A stretch of DNA of 64,000 bases from Opitutales bacterium (lineage in GTDB: Bacteria > Verrucomicrobiota > Verrucomicrobiia > Opitutales > UBA2987): positions 416,001 to 480,000 of the forward strand of contig CBDDEL010000013.1 in assembly GCA_965226885.1 (NCBI GenBank), written 5' to 3'. The notes under the pieces are model-generated. The model ran no database searches. It was given only the letters and a program-made list of their open reading frames with translations, and was not told where the DNA came from. Below are positions 9,593-19,367 of this stretch, piece after piece. Each line of letters begins with the position of its first letter. The stretch's first letter is position 1. The translations under genes and the position numbers were made by a program.

Positions 9593-11101
9593 ATGAGCGC
9601 GCCATCCAACCGCGGCAACATACTGATCATCGACGATGACGCTGAGGTGCGCTATTCATTGAACCGGGTGTTAAGCGCCCGCCAATACCGGGTTGTCACT
9701 GCCGCCAGCGGGGAGGAAGGGCTGCGCCTGGCCGAACGGGAAAATTCACAGGTCATTTTCCTCGACAACCGGATGGAGGGATTAAGCGGACTGGAAACAT
9801 TGCAGCGCCTGCATTCCCTCGTGCCCGCCGCCAAGATTATATTAATGACGGCTTACGGCGCTACCCAGACCGCCATTGAAGCCATGAAATTCGGGGCTTT
9901 CGAATATATTCTGAAACCTTTCGATATCGATAAAATCACCGGTCTGGCGGAAAGAGCCTTGCAGGAACTGAAAGAGATTTCCCAAAACCAGGAAGATTCC
10001 GGAGCCTCCTTTAGCCAGGACGAAGATTTCGGTGAACAATTTGTGGGCCATTCCCGGCTCATGCAGGAGGTATTCAAATCGATTGGCAAGGTGGCCGCCA
10101 CCGAGGTTACGGTCATGATAACCGGCGAGAGCGGCACCGGTAAAGAACTGGTCGCCCGCAGCCTATGGCGGCATAGTCTGCGCAGCAGCGGTCCGTTCCT
10201 CTCCGTCAACTGTGCAGCCATTCCCGAAAATTTGATTGAGAGCGAACTCTTCGGTTATGAAAAGGGCACTTTTACGGGCGCTTCCAGGCTCCATCGGGGG
10301 AAATTTGAGCAATGTGACGGGGGCACCCTTTTCCTTGATGAAATTGGTGACATGTCACCGTCCACTCAGACCAAAATCCTTCGCACCCTACAGGAAGGAG
10401 AAATCCAACGCATCGGCGCTTCCGAAACCACCAAGGTGGATGTTCGTATGCTTGCGGCCACCCACCGGGACCTCGACAGGATGGTCGCCGACGGCAGTTT
10501 CAGAGAAGATCTTTACTACCGGCTCAACGTCGTCAGGATCGACCTTCCTCCCTTGCGCGAGAGGCCTGAAGATATTCCCCAAATCGTCGATTTTCTGCTC
10601 CGCAGGCTGGTTCGATCGGGCAAGGGGAAAGCGAAGCGAATTTCCACTGAAGGATTGGAGATTTTGCGCCGGCATTCCTGGCCGGGCAATGTGCGCGAGC
10701 TGGAGAATGTTCTGCAAAGAAGCGCCGTTACGGCTCGGGGAGAGACTATTCTGGCTGGAAACCTTCCGGAGGAACTGCACAGCCAGGAAAAGGTTTCAGT
10801 TCGTCCTTCTGTAGAATCGGGAAAAGAGGCAGCGGGAAACACAATCCGCCAGGTCATATCAAGTCCCGAAACGGAATTCGCAGAGAGCGAGCGTAACCGG
10901 GCAACTTTATCCGACGCTCTCGATGTCGCTTATAAAGAAATCCGCCGAGAGCACGACCAATCTATCCTGCGGGTCCTGGAAGAGGAAATCATACAACGGG
11001 CGCTCCGGGAAACGGGGGGCAATCAGGTCCGTACCGCCGCCTTGCTCGGCATTTCAAGAGTGACACTTCGCAAACGAATCCAGGAGTTCGGGCAGGCCTG
11101 A
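9593..11101 (+). CDS. Sigma-54-dependent response regulator (NtrC family: receiver + AAA+ + HTH)
   Basis: IIDDD receiver, [35 protein letters not shown], Fis-type HTH. Confidence 0.93.
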   Translation: MSAPSNRGNILIIDDDAEVRYSLNRVLSARQYRVVTAASGEEGLRLAERENSQVIFLDNRMEGLSGLETLQRLHSLVPAAKIILMTAYGATQTAIEAMKFGAFEYILKPFDIDKITGLAERALQELKEISQNQEDSGASFSQDEDFGEQFVGHSRLMQEVFKSIGKVAATEVTVMITGESGTGKELVARSLWRHSLRSSGPFLSVNCAAIPENLIESELFGYEKGTFTGASRLHRGKFEQCDGGTLFLDEIGDMSPSTQTKILRTLQEGEIQRIGASETTKVDVRMLAATHRDLDRMVADGSFREDLYYRLNVVRIDLPPLRERPEDIPQIVDFLLRRLVRSGKGKAKRISTEGLEILRRHSWPGNVRELENVLQRSAVTARGETILAGNLPEELHSQEKVSVRPSVESGKEAAGNTIRQVISSPETEFAESERNRATLSDALDVAYKEIRREHDQSILRVLEEEIIQRALRETGGNQVRTAALLGISRVTLRKRIQEFGQA

Positions 11102-11214
11102 CAAATCTTTATAATATTCTTCCCGTCCCGCCGATAAACGGTTTCAACCGATCTTTTCAAAATCTTCGATTTATCCACTTATTTTCCATCAAACCACCAT
11201 CAAACCATTAAACT

Positions 11215-11922
11215 ATGAGTTCCAACGATCCATTCTGCGTCCAGGCCCGAGCTTTGTTGCTGCGGGAAAAATCCGGGGTTCTCTCTACTCTATCGGTCGA
11301 TGTTCCTGGCTACCCGTTTGGTTCGGTTGTGCCCTATTGCCTTGATGGGCAAGGGAATCCACTCATTTACATCAGCGATATCGCCCAACACTCGAAAAAC
11401 ATCGACCATGATGGCAGGGTTTCCATCACCATCCAGGCCGGTGACGACGATGATGTTCAGGCCGTCGCTCGTTTGACCCTCCTGGCTGATGCGGAAAACC
11501 TGGACCCCGATGAGCAGGAACTGAAAAGACGTTACGGGCGTTTTTTCCCTTCTTCCGGCGATTACACTCAGGCTCACGGGTTCTTTTTTTGCCGGTTGCG
11601 GGTGGTCAAAGCCCGGTATATCGGCGGGTTTGGGGATGTTTTCTGGTTTAAGGCGGATGATTTACTGCTTCCCAATCCATTTTTTTCGGAAGATGAGGAA
11701 AAGGCCATTTCGCACATGAACGAAGACCACATGCCTTTTTTACAAAATTGTTTACCCCCGATGGATGATTCTGTTTCCCATGAAAGTCGAAGCGTGGTCA
11801 TGGTTGGGATGGATGGAGAGGGTTTCGATCTCCTGTCCGGAATGTCCCATTTTCGTTTTTCATTTCCCAAACCTGTCCAGAACCTCAAAGAGGCGCGCAC
11901 AGTCTTCAAGTCAATGGCCTGA
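11215..11922 (+). CDS. HugZ-like pyridoxamine 5'-phosphate oxidase family protein with DUF2470-like C-terminus
   Basis: GYPFGSVVPY, ISDIAQHSKNI, RYIGGFG, HMNEDH motifs. Confidence 0.82.
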   Translation: MSSNDPFCVQARALLLREKSGVLSTLSVDVPGYPFGSVVPYCLDGQGNPLIYISDIAQHSKNIDHDGRVSITIQAGDDDDVQAVARLTLLADAENLDPDEQELKRRYGRFFPSSGDYTQAHGFFFCRLRVVKARYIGGFGDVFWFKADDLLLPNPFFSEDEEKAISHMNEDHMPFLQNCLPPMDDSVSHESRSVVMVGMDGEGFDLLSGMSHFRFSFPKPVQNLKEARTVFKSMA

Positions 11923-12015
11923 ATGTGGGTGGTTTGGATTGAAAATAATACTGTTGCGATTTTTTGCCGGCAAAATTTACTGGCCACCCTGTAATTTCTT
12001 CCATTTGCAAGACCT

Positions 12016-12969
12016 ATGAAGGTTACTGAATATTTGAAAAAGGCGGATGGGCCGCTAGTCACCATCGAAATCATACCTCCGTTGAAAGGCGTGGGCATTG
12101 ATTCGATTTACAACAGCATCGACCCGTTGATGGAGTTCAAACCCTTCGCCATCAATGTCACCTACCATCAGGAAGAGTATGAGTTCCGGAAAATGCCCAA
12201 TGGCCTGCACAAACGATTCAGCGTGCGCAAGCGGCCCGGCACGGTGGGCATATCGGCAGCCCTTGGGTATCGATACGAGGTGGAATCGGTTCCCCACCTC
12301 ATTTGTGGCGGTTTTACCAGGGAGGAAACCGAAAACGCCCTCATTGATCTGAATTTTCTCGGCATCAACAACATTTTGGCCATCAGGGGCGACCCTCCCA
12401 ATAACGGAAAAAGATTTATCCCCGAACCGGACGGCAATGTTTACGCCCTCGATTTGATTCGACAAATTGCCGATATGAATAATGGCCGTTACCTTTACGA
12501 GGATCTGGACAATGCCACCAATTCGGATTTTTGCATCGGGGTGGCCGGTTATCCGGAAAAACATTTCGAGGCTCCCAATATGGCCACCGATTTGAAGTAT
12601 TTGAAGAAAAAGGTGGAAGCCGGGGCCGATTACATTGTCACGCAGATGTTTTACGATAACCGGATGTTTTTCGAATTCGAGCGCCGGTGCAGGGAAATCG
12701 GCATTGAGGTTCCCATCATTCCGGGAATCAAGCTGCTGGCCGTGAAGACGCATCTCAATATTCTTCCCAGCGTGTTTCATGTCAATATACCGGAAGAGTT
12801 GTCGGCGGAAGTCGAAAAATGCCGTGACAACAAGGAGGTGCGCGACATCGGCATCCAGTGGGGCATACAGCAGTGCAAGGAGTTACTCGAACACGGCGTT
12901 CCTTGCCTCCATTTTTACATCATGGGCAAAAGTTACGGCACCAAAAAAGTGCTCGAAGCTCTTTTCTGA
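12016..12969 (+). CDS. metF: 5,10-methylenetetrahydrofolate reductase
   Basis: EIIPP, RGDPP, VAGYPEKH, GADYIVTQMFY, LHFY motifs. Confidence 0.92.
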   Translation: MKVTEYLKKADGPLVTIEIIPPLKGVGIDSIYNSIDPLMEFKPFAINVTYHQEEYEFRKMPNGLHKRFSVRKRPGTVGISAALGYRYEVESVPHLICGGFTREETENALIDLNFLGINNILAIRGDPPNNGKRFIPEPDGNVYALDLIRQIADMNNGRYLYEDLDNATNSDFCIGVAGYPEKHFEAPNMATDLKYLKKKVEAGADYIVTQMFYDNRMFFEFERRCREIGIEVPIIPGIKLLAVKTHLNILPSVFHVNIPEELSAEVEKCRDNKEVRDIGIQWGIQQCKELLEHGVPCLHFYIMGKSYGTKKVLEALF

Positions 12970-13047
12970 ACAGCCCCGTCCGCTTGCATTATGGTTGCTG
13001 GTGTAACGTCTTAAAATGATTGCCAGGGTTCCACCCCATTTGTCACA

Positions 13048-14793
13048 ATGGTTACCATGAACCGCTATAAATTCACCTCAAACGTTTATGTACCATTACA
13101 TATCTTCCTTTTCCTCTTCCTATTTTTCAGCCTCCCTTACCCGCATCTCATGAGCGCCGATCGCATAACCGGCAAACCCTTTGCCACGCGATCGGAGGTG
13201 ATTGCCCGCCATGCCATGGCCGCCACCAGCCAACCCCTGGCCACCCAGGCGGCTCTGGATATCATGAAACAAGGGGGCAACGCCATTGATGCGGCCATCG
13301 CCGCCAATGCCGTCCTCGGGCTGGTCGAGCCGACCGGCAATGGCATCGGCGGGGACCTCTTCGCCATCGTCTGGCATAATGAATCGCGGAAGTTGCACGG
13401 GCTCAATGCCAGTGGACGGTCTCCCCAAAGCCTGACTCTGGAGGAATTCAAGAAACGCGGGCTGACCAAAGTCCCTTCCCACGGGCCTCTGCCGGTTTCG
13501 GTTCCCGGCTGCGTCGATGGTTGGTTCGAGCTGCATGAGAAGTTTGGCAGCCTGTCCATGGAGGAAATCCTCGCTCCGGCCATCCGCTACGCGCGGGAAG
13601 GATTTCCCGTCACCGAATTGATCGCCTTTTACTGGGGGCGAAGCGTTCCCGTGCAGGAAGAATGGCCCGGCTTCAGGGAAACCTATATGCCGGGCGGGAG
13701 AGCTCCGCGTAAGGGTGAGATATTTAAAAACCCCATGCTGGCCAATACGCTGGAAAAAATCGCCAAGGGTGGGCGGGACGTTTATTACCGCGGAGAAATC
13801 GCCCGAACCATCGATGCTTTTATGAAACGAGAGGGCGGTTTCCTCTCCTACGACGACCTCGCCTCTCACACTTCAGATTGGGTGGAGCCAGTTTCAACCG
13901 ATTACCGCGGTTACACCGTCTGGGAGATTCCCCCCAACGGCCAGGGCATCGCCGCCTTGCAAATCCTCAACATTCTGGAGGGTTTCGATATTCGCGGAAT
14001 GGGTTTCGGCAGCCAGGAATATGTGCATCACTTCGTCGAGGCGAAGAAACTGGCCTTCGAGGACCGGGCCAAATTTTACGCCGATCCCGCCTTCAATGAA
14101 ATCCCCACAAAGGCCCTCATATCCAAGGCTTACGCCGCCCAAAGACGCCAGCTAATCCATCCCGCGCGCGCCTCCGAAAGCTACCCGCCGGGCGACCTTG
14201 TCCTGGAAAACGGGGATACCATCTACCTGAGCGTGGCCGACAAAGACCGCAACATGGTCTCCCTCATCCAGAGTAATTACCGCGGAATGGGCTCAGGCAT
14301 GTGCCCCGAAGGGCTCGGCTTCAACCTGCAGGACCGGGGCGAGTTGTTCAACCTGCAGGAAGGCCATTTCAACACCTATGCTCCCGGCAAGAGGCCCTTT
14401 CACACCATCATCCCCGCCTTTGTCACCAGGGACGGGAAACCCTACATGAGTTTCGGCATCATGGGCGGCGCCACCCAGCCCCAGGGGCACGCCCAAATCA
14501 TCATTAACATGGTCGATTTCGACATGAACCTGCAGGAAGCCGGGGACGCCCCCCGCATCCTCCACAGCTATTCCTCCCAACCCACCGGCGAAGTCATGAC
14601 CGACGGCGGCCTCGTCACCCTGGAAACCGGATTCCCCTACGAGACGGTTCGGGAATTGGACCTCATGGGGCACAAAATAGGGGTCAACGTGGGTCCCTAC
14701 GGAGGCTACCAGGCCATCCTCTACGACGCCCAAAACGACGTTTACTACGGCGCCAGTGAATCCCGCAAAGACGGCCACGCCGCCGGGTATTGA
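13048..14793 (+). CDS. ggt: Gamma-glutamyltransferase (signal-peptide-like N-terminus)
   Basis: GGNAIDAAIA, GIGGDLF, nucleophile DT(IYLS), PGKRPFHTIIP, GGATQPQG. Confidence 0.92.
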   Translation: MVTMNRYKFTSNVYVPLHIFLFLFLFFSLPYPHLMSADRITGKPFATRSEVIARHAMAATSQPLATQAALDIMKQGGNAIDAAIAANAVLGLVEPTGNGIGGDLFAIVWHNESRKLHGLNASGRSPQSLTLEEFKKRGLTKVPSHGPLPVSVPGCVDGWFELHEKFGSLSMEEILAPAIRYAREGFPVTELIAFYWGRSVPVQEEWPGFRETYMPGGRAPRKGEIFKNPMLANTLEKIAKGGRDVYYRGEIARTIDAFMKREGGFLSYDDLASHTSDWVEPVSTDYRGYTVWEIPPNGQGIAALQILNILEGFDIRGMGFGSQEYVHHFVEAKKLAFEDRAKFYADPAFNEIPTKALISKAYAAQRRQLIHPARASESYPPGDLVLENGDTIYLSVADKDRNMVSLIQSNYRGMGSGMCPEGLGFNLQDRGELFNLQEGHFNTYAPGKRPFHTIIPAFVTRDGKPYMSFGIMGGATQPQGHAQIIINMVDFDMNLQEAGDAPRILHSYSSQPTGEVMTDGGLVTLETGFPYETVRELDLMGHKIGVNVGPYGGYQAILYDAQNDVYYGASESRKDGHAAGY

Positions 14794-14837
14794 TCCGACT
14801 ATTTTACGCGACCATCGACCTTCTCGTTCCCTAAATA

Positions 14838-16664
14838 GAGGCTGTCCCAAAAATATAAAGATTTTATAGTCAACTGGATGACGTTGATAAAAAGAGCCGG
14901 AAAGAGCAAGTTTTTGCTCGATCCGGCCAAAAAAGGGTTCTATAATTGAGTTAGCGAAAATCAATATAGCCCTTTCTATGAAAAACTATGAAAAATATAG
15001 CCATCCAATGCCTCCTGCGTCCAGCTTTAACTGTGGTCGACCGGTGCCTCGATTACGATAACTTCCGCGCCACCATTGATCGAATCGATCGGCTGCTGAT
15101 CGACTCGGAGGTGGAATCGCAGGCCATTGAGCTGGCCTTGGAGGGGTGGCCGCCAATGGGTCTAAAGGCCCGGCGGCAGCGGGCCAGTTTTGCCATCAAG
15201 GCACTGCGCATGGATACGCTGGGCCGTCTGCTCGGAGGGATTTCGTTTCGGCATTTGTCGCGGGCTCTGGGCAGCAGCGATCTGTTGGCCGACTTTTGCC
15301 GTGTCCGGCAGATCGATGGCATCAGGGGCATCTCCAAAAGCACCCTGGAGCGGGCCTCGAAGTTTTTCAGCGAAGAGCAGTTGAGGGCCTTGCACCGGAC
15401 CTTGACTGAGGTGGTGGGCGATGCCCTTCTGGCCCGGCAGGTGGGATTGGACAAGCCGATTGACACCACCATTTGCCTGATCGACGGCACCTGTTTGGAG
15501 GCTAACATTCATTGGCCGACGGACTGGGTATTACTCAAGGATGTAGCCGGCACGTTGCTCAAAGCGATCCGGCTGATCCGCGAGAAGGCCGGTGTGCGCC
15601 ATCGCATGCCGATCGAACCGGAGCCCTTGGCTCGGCAGATGAATCGGCTGTGCATACAGATGACCCACAGCCGGCGGCGAAAGGACAGCGCGCGGCAGCG
15701 CAAGGGTATCTTGAGGCAGATGAAAAAGCTGCTCAAACGGATCGGGGAGCATGCCCGCAGTCACCGGGAATTATTGCAAGCCTGCTGGGAGCAAAGCGAT
15801 TACAGCGAAAAACAGGTCCAACAGATCCTCGCCCGGATGGAGCGCATGAGCGAGCAAATCCCGGTGGTCATCAAACAGGCGCACGAGCGGATCATTGGCG
15901 GCCGGCAGGTGAAAAACGCAGAGAAAGTCTTGAGTGTTTACGAACTCGATGGGCAGGTGATTGTGCGAGGTAAAGCGGGCCAAGAGGTCGAGTTCGGCAA
16001 CACCCTGTTTTTGGGAGAAAGCGTTGAAGGGTACCTGCTGGACTGGAAACTCTACGGCAGCCGAACTCCAAGCGAAAATGAACAAATGCAAGAGAGTTTG
16101 CAAAGACAGAACCGCTTCAACCTGGAAGAACCCATAGCGGCCATGTGCGCGGACCGGGGATTTGCCTCCCAGCGGGCCCGCCGGCAGTTAGCCCAGGAGG
16201 GAATCTACGACGCGCTCTGTCCACGCGATCCGAAGCAGTTGAAAAAACGGATGGAGGAACCACTGTTCAGGCAATTGCAAAAGCGCCGGGCCAGCACCGA
16301 AGGGCGGATCGGGGTATTGAAGAATCGCTGGCAGGCCGGGCGGTTGCGCAGCAAAGGCTTTGCCAACCGCTCGATCAGCGTAGCCTGGTCGGTACTCTCG
16401 CACAACCTATGGAAAGTAGCCAAGATGCTGGCCCAGCAAGACGAACTAAAAACCAAAGCGGCGGCCTAGAGAGCGGAAAAGCAAGGACAATACTTTTTCA
16501 CAGCCGTACTGTCGGCTCATACAAAGAAACCCAGGCAACCGGACCCCAAAACCAGTATCCTAACGTCATAGGAGAGCAAAGTTGATACTCTCCCAAATGC
16601 AAATACCTCTAAAATGAGCGCCTATCAAAAGCCCTCGCAAAAATCACCCTTTTGGGACAGCCTC
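14838..16664 (+). mobile_element. ISNCY/IS5-like element, copy 2 (1827 bp including a 10-bp duplication)
   Basis: Same IRs; 6-bp TSD TAAATA (14832-14837 / 16665-16670). Confidence 0.95.
14988..16469 (+). CDS. DDE transposase, ISNCY/IS5-like
   Basis: Near-identical to 6714-8195. Confidence 0.88.
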   Translation: MKNIAIQCLLRPALTVVDRCLDYDNFRATIDRIDRLLIDSEVESQAIELALEGWPPMGLKARRQRASFAIKALRMDTLGRLLGGISFRHLSRALGSSDLLADFCRVRQIDGIRGISKSTLERASKFFSEEQLRALHRTLTEVVGDALLARQVGLDKPIDTTICLIDGTCLEANIHWPTDWVLLKDVAGTLLKAIRLIREKAGVRHRMPIEPEPLARQMNRLCIQMTHSRRRKDSARQRKGILRQMKKLLKRIGEHARSHRELLQACWEQSDYSEKQVQQILARMERMSEQIPVVIKQAHERIIGGRQVKNAEKVLSVYELDGQVIVRGKAGQEVEFGNTLFLGESVEGYLLDWKLYGSRTPSENEQMQESLQRQNRFNLEEPIAAMCADRGFASQRARRQLAQEGIYDALCPRDPKQLKKRMEEPLFRQLQKRRASTEGRIGVLKNRWQAGRLRSKGFANRSISVAWSVLSHNLWKVAKMLAQQDELKTKAAA

Positions 16665-17650
16665 TAAATATACCCGTTGGGGTGGGATTGATGCCAGTTC
16701 CAGGCGGTGGCGATGATGGGTTCGAGGCCGGGGTATTGGATTTTCCAGTTTAATTCTTTTTGGGCTTTGCTGGAATCGGCGTAGAGGGAGGGTGGATCTC
16801 CGGGGCGGCGGGGGCCTTCCTGGACGGGCACTTTCAGGCTGGAAACTTTTTCCACCGTCGCAATGACTTCGCGCACTGAGTGGGGTTGGCCGGTTCCCAG
16901 GTTGTAAAAGAGTTGTCGGCCCGGCTCCGCCAGCTTGGGGATGGCGGCGATGTGGGCGCGTGAGAGGTCGTCCACATGCACGTAGTCGCGCAGGCAGGTG
17001 CCGTCCGGGGTGGGGTAGTCGGTCCCAAAAATGGCGATATTTTTCCGCTGCCCCATGGCCGCTTCGATGACCAGAGGGATGAGGTGGGTTTCCGGGTCGT
17101 GGTCTTCGCCGATGGAGCCATCCTCGGCGGCCCCGGCGGCGTTGAAGTAGCGGAAGGCGGCGAAGCTCAGCCCGTGGGCCTCGGCCGTTGCCTTCAAAAT
17201 ATTTTCCAGGTCGAGCTTGGTTTGGCCATAGGGATTGATCGGTTTTTGCGGGGTCTCCTCGACAATGGGCAGTTCCGCGGGGATGCCATAGGTTGCGCAG
17301 GTGGAGGAAAGGATGAAATTGCCGACGCCGCAGTCCAACATCGTTTTGAGAAGGGTGATCGGTTTGGCCAGGTTGTTCTCGTAGTATTTGAGGGGATTTT
17401 CCACCGATTCGCCGACATAGGCAAAGGCCGCGAAGTGCATCACCAGTTCGGTTTTTTCCCGCTCAAATATTTCCTTAACCAAGGCGGAATCTCCCAGGTC
17501 GCCCTCATAAAAGGCTATTTCTGGAGAAACAGCTTCGCGGTGGCCGAACACCAGGTTGTCCAAAACCACCGGCTGATGCCCCGCCGCTGTGAGTTGCCGC
17601 ACACAATGGCTGCCGATATAACCGGCCCCTCCAACTACAAGCACGTTCAT
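16664..17650 (-). CDS. galE: UDP-glucose 4-epimerase
   Basis: GGAGYIGSH, HFAAFAYVGES, YGQTK, RYFNAAGA, DGTCLRDYVHV. Confidence 0.95.
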   Translation of the reverse strand: MNVLVVGGAGYIGSHCVRQLTAAGHQPVVLDNLVFGHREAVSPEIAFYEGDLGDSALVKEIFEREKTELVMHFAAFAYVGESVENPLKYYENNLAKPITLLKTMLDCGVGNFILSSTCATYGIPAELPIVEETPQKPINPYGQTKLDLENILKATAEAHGLSFAAFRYFNAAGAAEDGSIGEDHDPETHLIPLVIEAAMGQRKNIAIFGTDYPTPDGTCLRDYVHVDDLSRAHIAAIPKLAEPGRQLFYNLGTGQPHSVREVIATVEKVSSLKVPVQEGPRRPGDPPSLYADSSKAQKELNWKIQYPGLEPIIATAWNWHQSHPNGYI

Positions 17651-17803
17651 AGCCGGAATCTTGGCAAATTAACCCGAAATTACTAGATTTATCTCAATAT
17701 TAACTCCCCACAGAGCCGGTCGCAGAGAGCATTGGCTTTGTGCGCCCATGGTATAATATTGACACTGCGTGGACAACTTTCCGTTTTATTGGGGTTTTTC
17801 TCC

Positions 17804-19039
17804 ATGATTGATAGCCGCATAGTGATCACCGGGTTGGGCTTGACCGCGCCCAATGGCAATACTTTGTCCGAGTTTCGTGAAAACCTCCTCGCCGGGGTGG
17901 CCAAAATCGAGATGCTCGATATGCGTTATATAGGGCCAGCGCCGGCCGGGGTTTGCCATTTCGAGACCGGGAAATACCAGAAGCGTAAGGAGATTCGTAA
18001 CGGCACGCGGGCCGGGAGCATCGGTATTTACTGCGCACGCGAAGCTCTCGCGGACTCCCGGCTCGATTGGGAGTCTTTTGACAAATCGCAGGCGGGCATT
18101 TATTTAGGGATTACCGAGCACGGCAATGTGGAGACCGAGAACGAGGTCTATAACATCTCACAGTTCGATTATGATACCCGCTTCTGGAGTCACCACCACA
18201 ACCCCCGCACGGTGGCCAACAACCCGGCCGGGGAGGCATCCATCAACCTCGGCGTGACCGGGCCCCACTACACTATTGGGGCCGCTTGTGCCGCCGGCAA
18301 TGCCGGGTTGATCCAGGGGATGCAAATGCTGCGGCTGGGCGAGGTCGATTTTGCCTTCACGGGAGGCGTCAGCGAAAGTATTCACACTTTCGGCATTTTT
18401 GCCGGTTTCAAGAGCCAGGGGGCACTGGCCAAACATGAAGATCCGGCCAAAGCCAGCCGCCCCTTCGATGTCGGCCGCAACGGTATCGTGGTCAGCGAGG
18501 GCGGAGCCGTTTACACCCTGGAACGGCTGGAGGATGCCCTGGCCCGCGGAGCCCCCATTGTGGCCGAGATCGCCGGTTATCACATCAACTCCGATGCCGG
18601 CGACGCGGTCCTGCCCGATCCCGTGCGGCAGGCGCAGTGTGTGCGGGCCGCTCTTTCCATGTCCGGTTTGCAGCCCCGTGAGATAGACATCGTCAACACC
18701 CACGCTACGGCCACTCCGCAGGGCGACATTCAGGAGTGCCGAGCATTACGGGAGGTATTCACCGATTGCCCGGAAACTTATTTCAACAACACCAAAAGCT
18801 ACATCGGCCATGCCATGGGCGCCGCCGGTGCCCTCGAACTGGCGGGTAACATTCCCGCTTTTGAAGACTTGACAGTGCACCCGACCATCAACATTGATGA
18901 GCTTGACGAAGAGTGCAAATTGCCCAACTTGGTGATTAACCACTCCTTGAAGGTCTCTAAAGTCGATTGCATCCTCAACAACTCATTCGGGATGTTGGGG
19001 ATCAACTCCTGCCTGATTATAAAAAGATTTACAGAATAG
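17804..19039 (+). CDS. fabF: Beta-ketoacyl-ACP synthase, FabF-like
   Basis: VITGLG; catalytic Cys (AACAAG) and His residues (NTHATAT, GHAMGAAG); NSFG. Start placed at ATG 17804. Confidence 0.85.
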   Translation: MIDSRIVITGLGLTAPNGNTLSEFRENLLAGVAKIEMLDMRYIGPAPAGVCHFETGKYQKRKEIRNGTRAGSIGIYCAREALADSRLDWESFDKSQAGIYLGITEHGNVETENEVYNISQFDYDTRFWSHHHNPRTVANNPAGEASINLGVTGPHYTIGAACAAGNAGLIQGMQMLRLGEVDFAFTGGVSESIHTFGIFAGFKSQGALAKHEDPAKASRPFDVGRNGIVVSEGGAVYTLERLEDALARGAPIVAEIAGYHINSDAGDAVLPDPVRQAQCVRAALSMSGLQPREIDIVNTHATATPQGDIQECRALREVFTDCPETYFNNTKSYIGHAMGAAGALELAGNIPAFEDLTVHPTINIDELDEECKLPNLVINHSLKVSKVDCILNNSFGMLGINSCLIIKRFTE

Positions 19040-19066
19040 AGATTATTCTTTTATAACTGCTCTCTT

Positions 19067-19324
19067 ATGACAAATGAAGATGCCCATAGACTCGTCCTGG
19101 AAATTATCGCGGAAATAGCCCCCGATGAAGACCTCAGCGACGTCAAGCCAGAGATCAACCTGCGCGACCAGTTGGATCTCGATTCGATGGATTTTTTAGA
19201 TATTGTCATGGAATTACGGAAAAAATACGGCATCGAAGTGCCGGAGGAGGAATATCATCATTTGGCCTCCCTCGAAAGCAGCGCCGCATACCTGATTCCA
19301 AAATTCAAATCGGTGAGCGCCTGA
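19067..19324 (+). CDS. Acyl carrier protein
   Basis: Acidic 85 aa; LDSMDFL phosphopantetheine site. Confidence 0.92.
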   Translation: MTNEDAHRLVLEIIAEIAPDEDLSDVKPEINLRDQLDLDSMDFLDIVMELRKKYGIEVPEEEYHHLASLESSAAYLIPKFKSVSA

Positions 19325-19367
19325 ACGGCCCTGGCCTCATTAACCGGGGGGCCTTTTACTTTTCCCT

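Noticed and set aside
19327..19357. Intrinsic terminator between acp and the desaturase gene
   Set aside because: The stem is imperfect with a large loop and short T-run; not supportable without folding or expression data.
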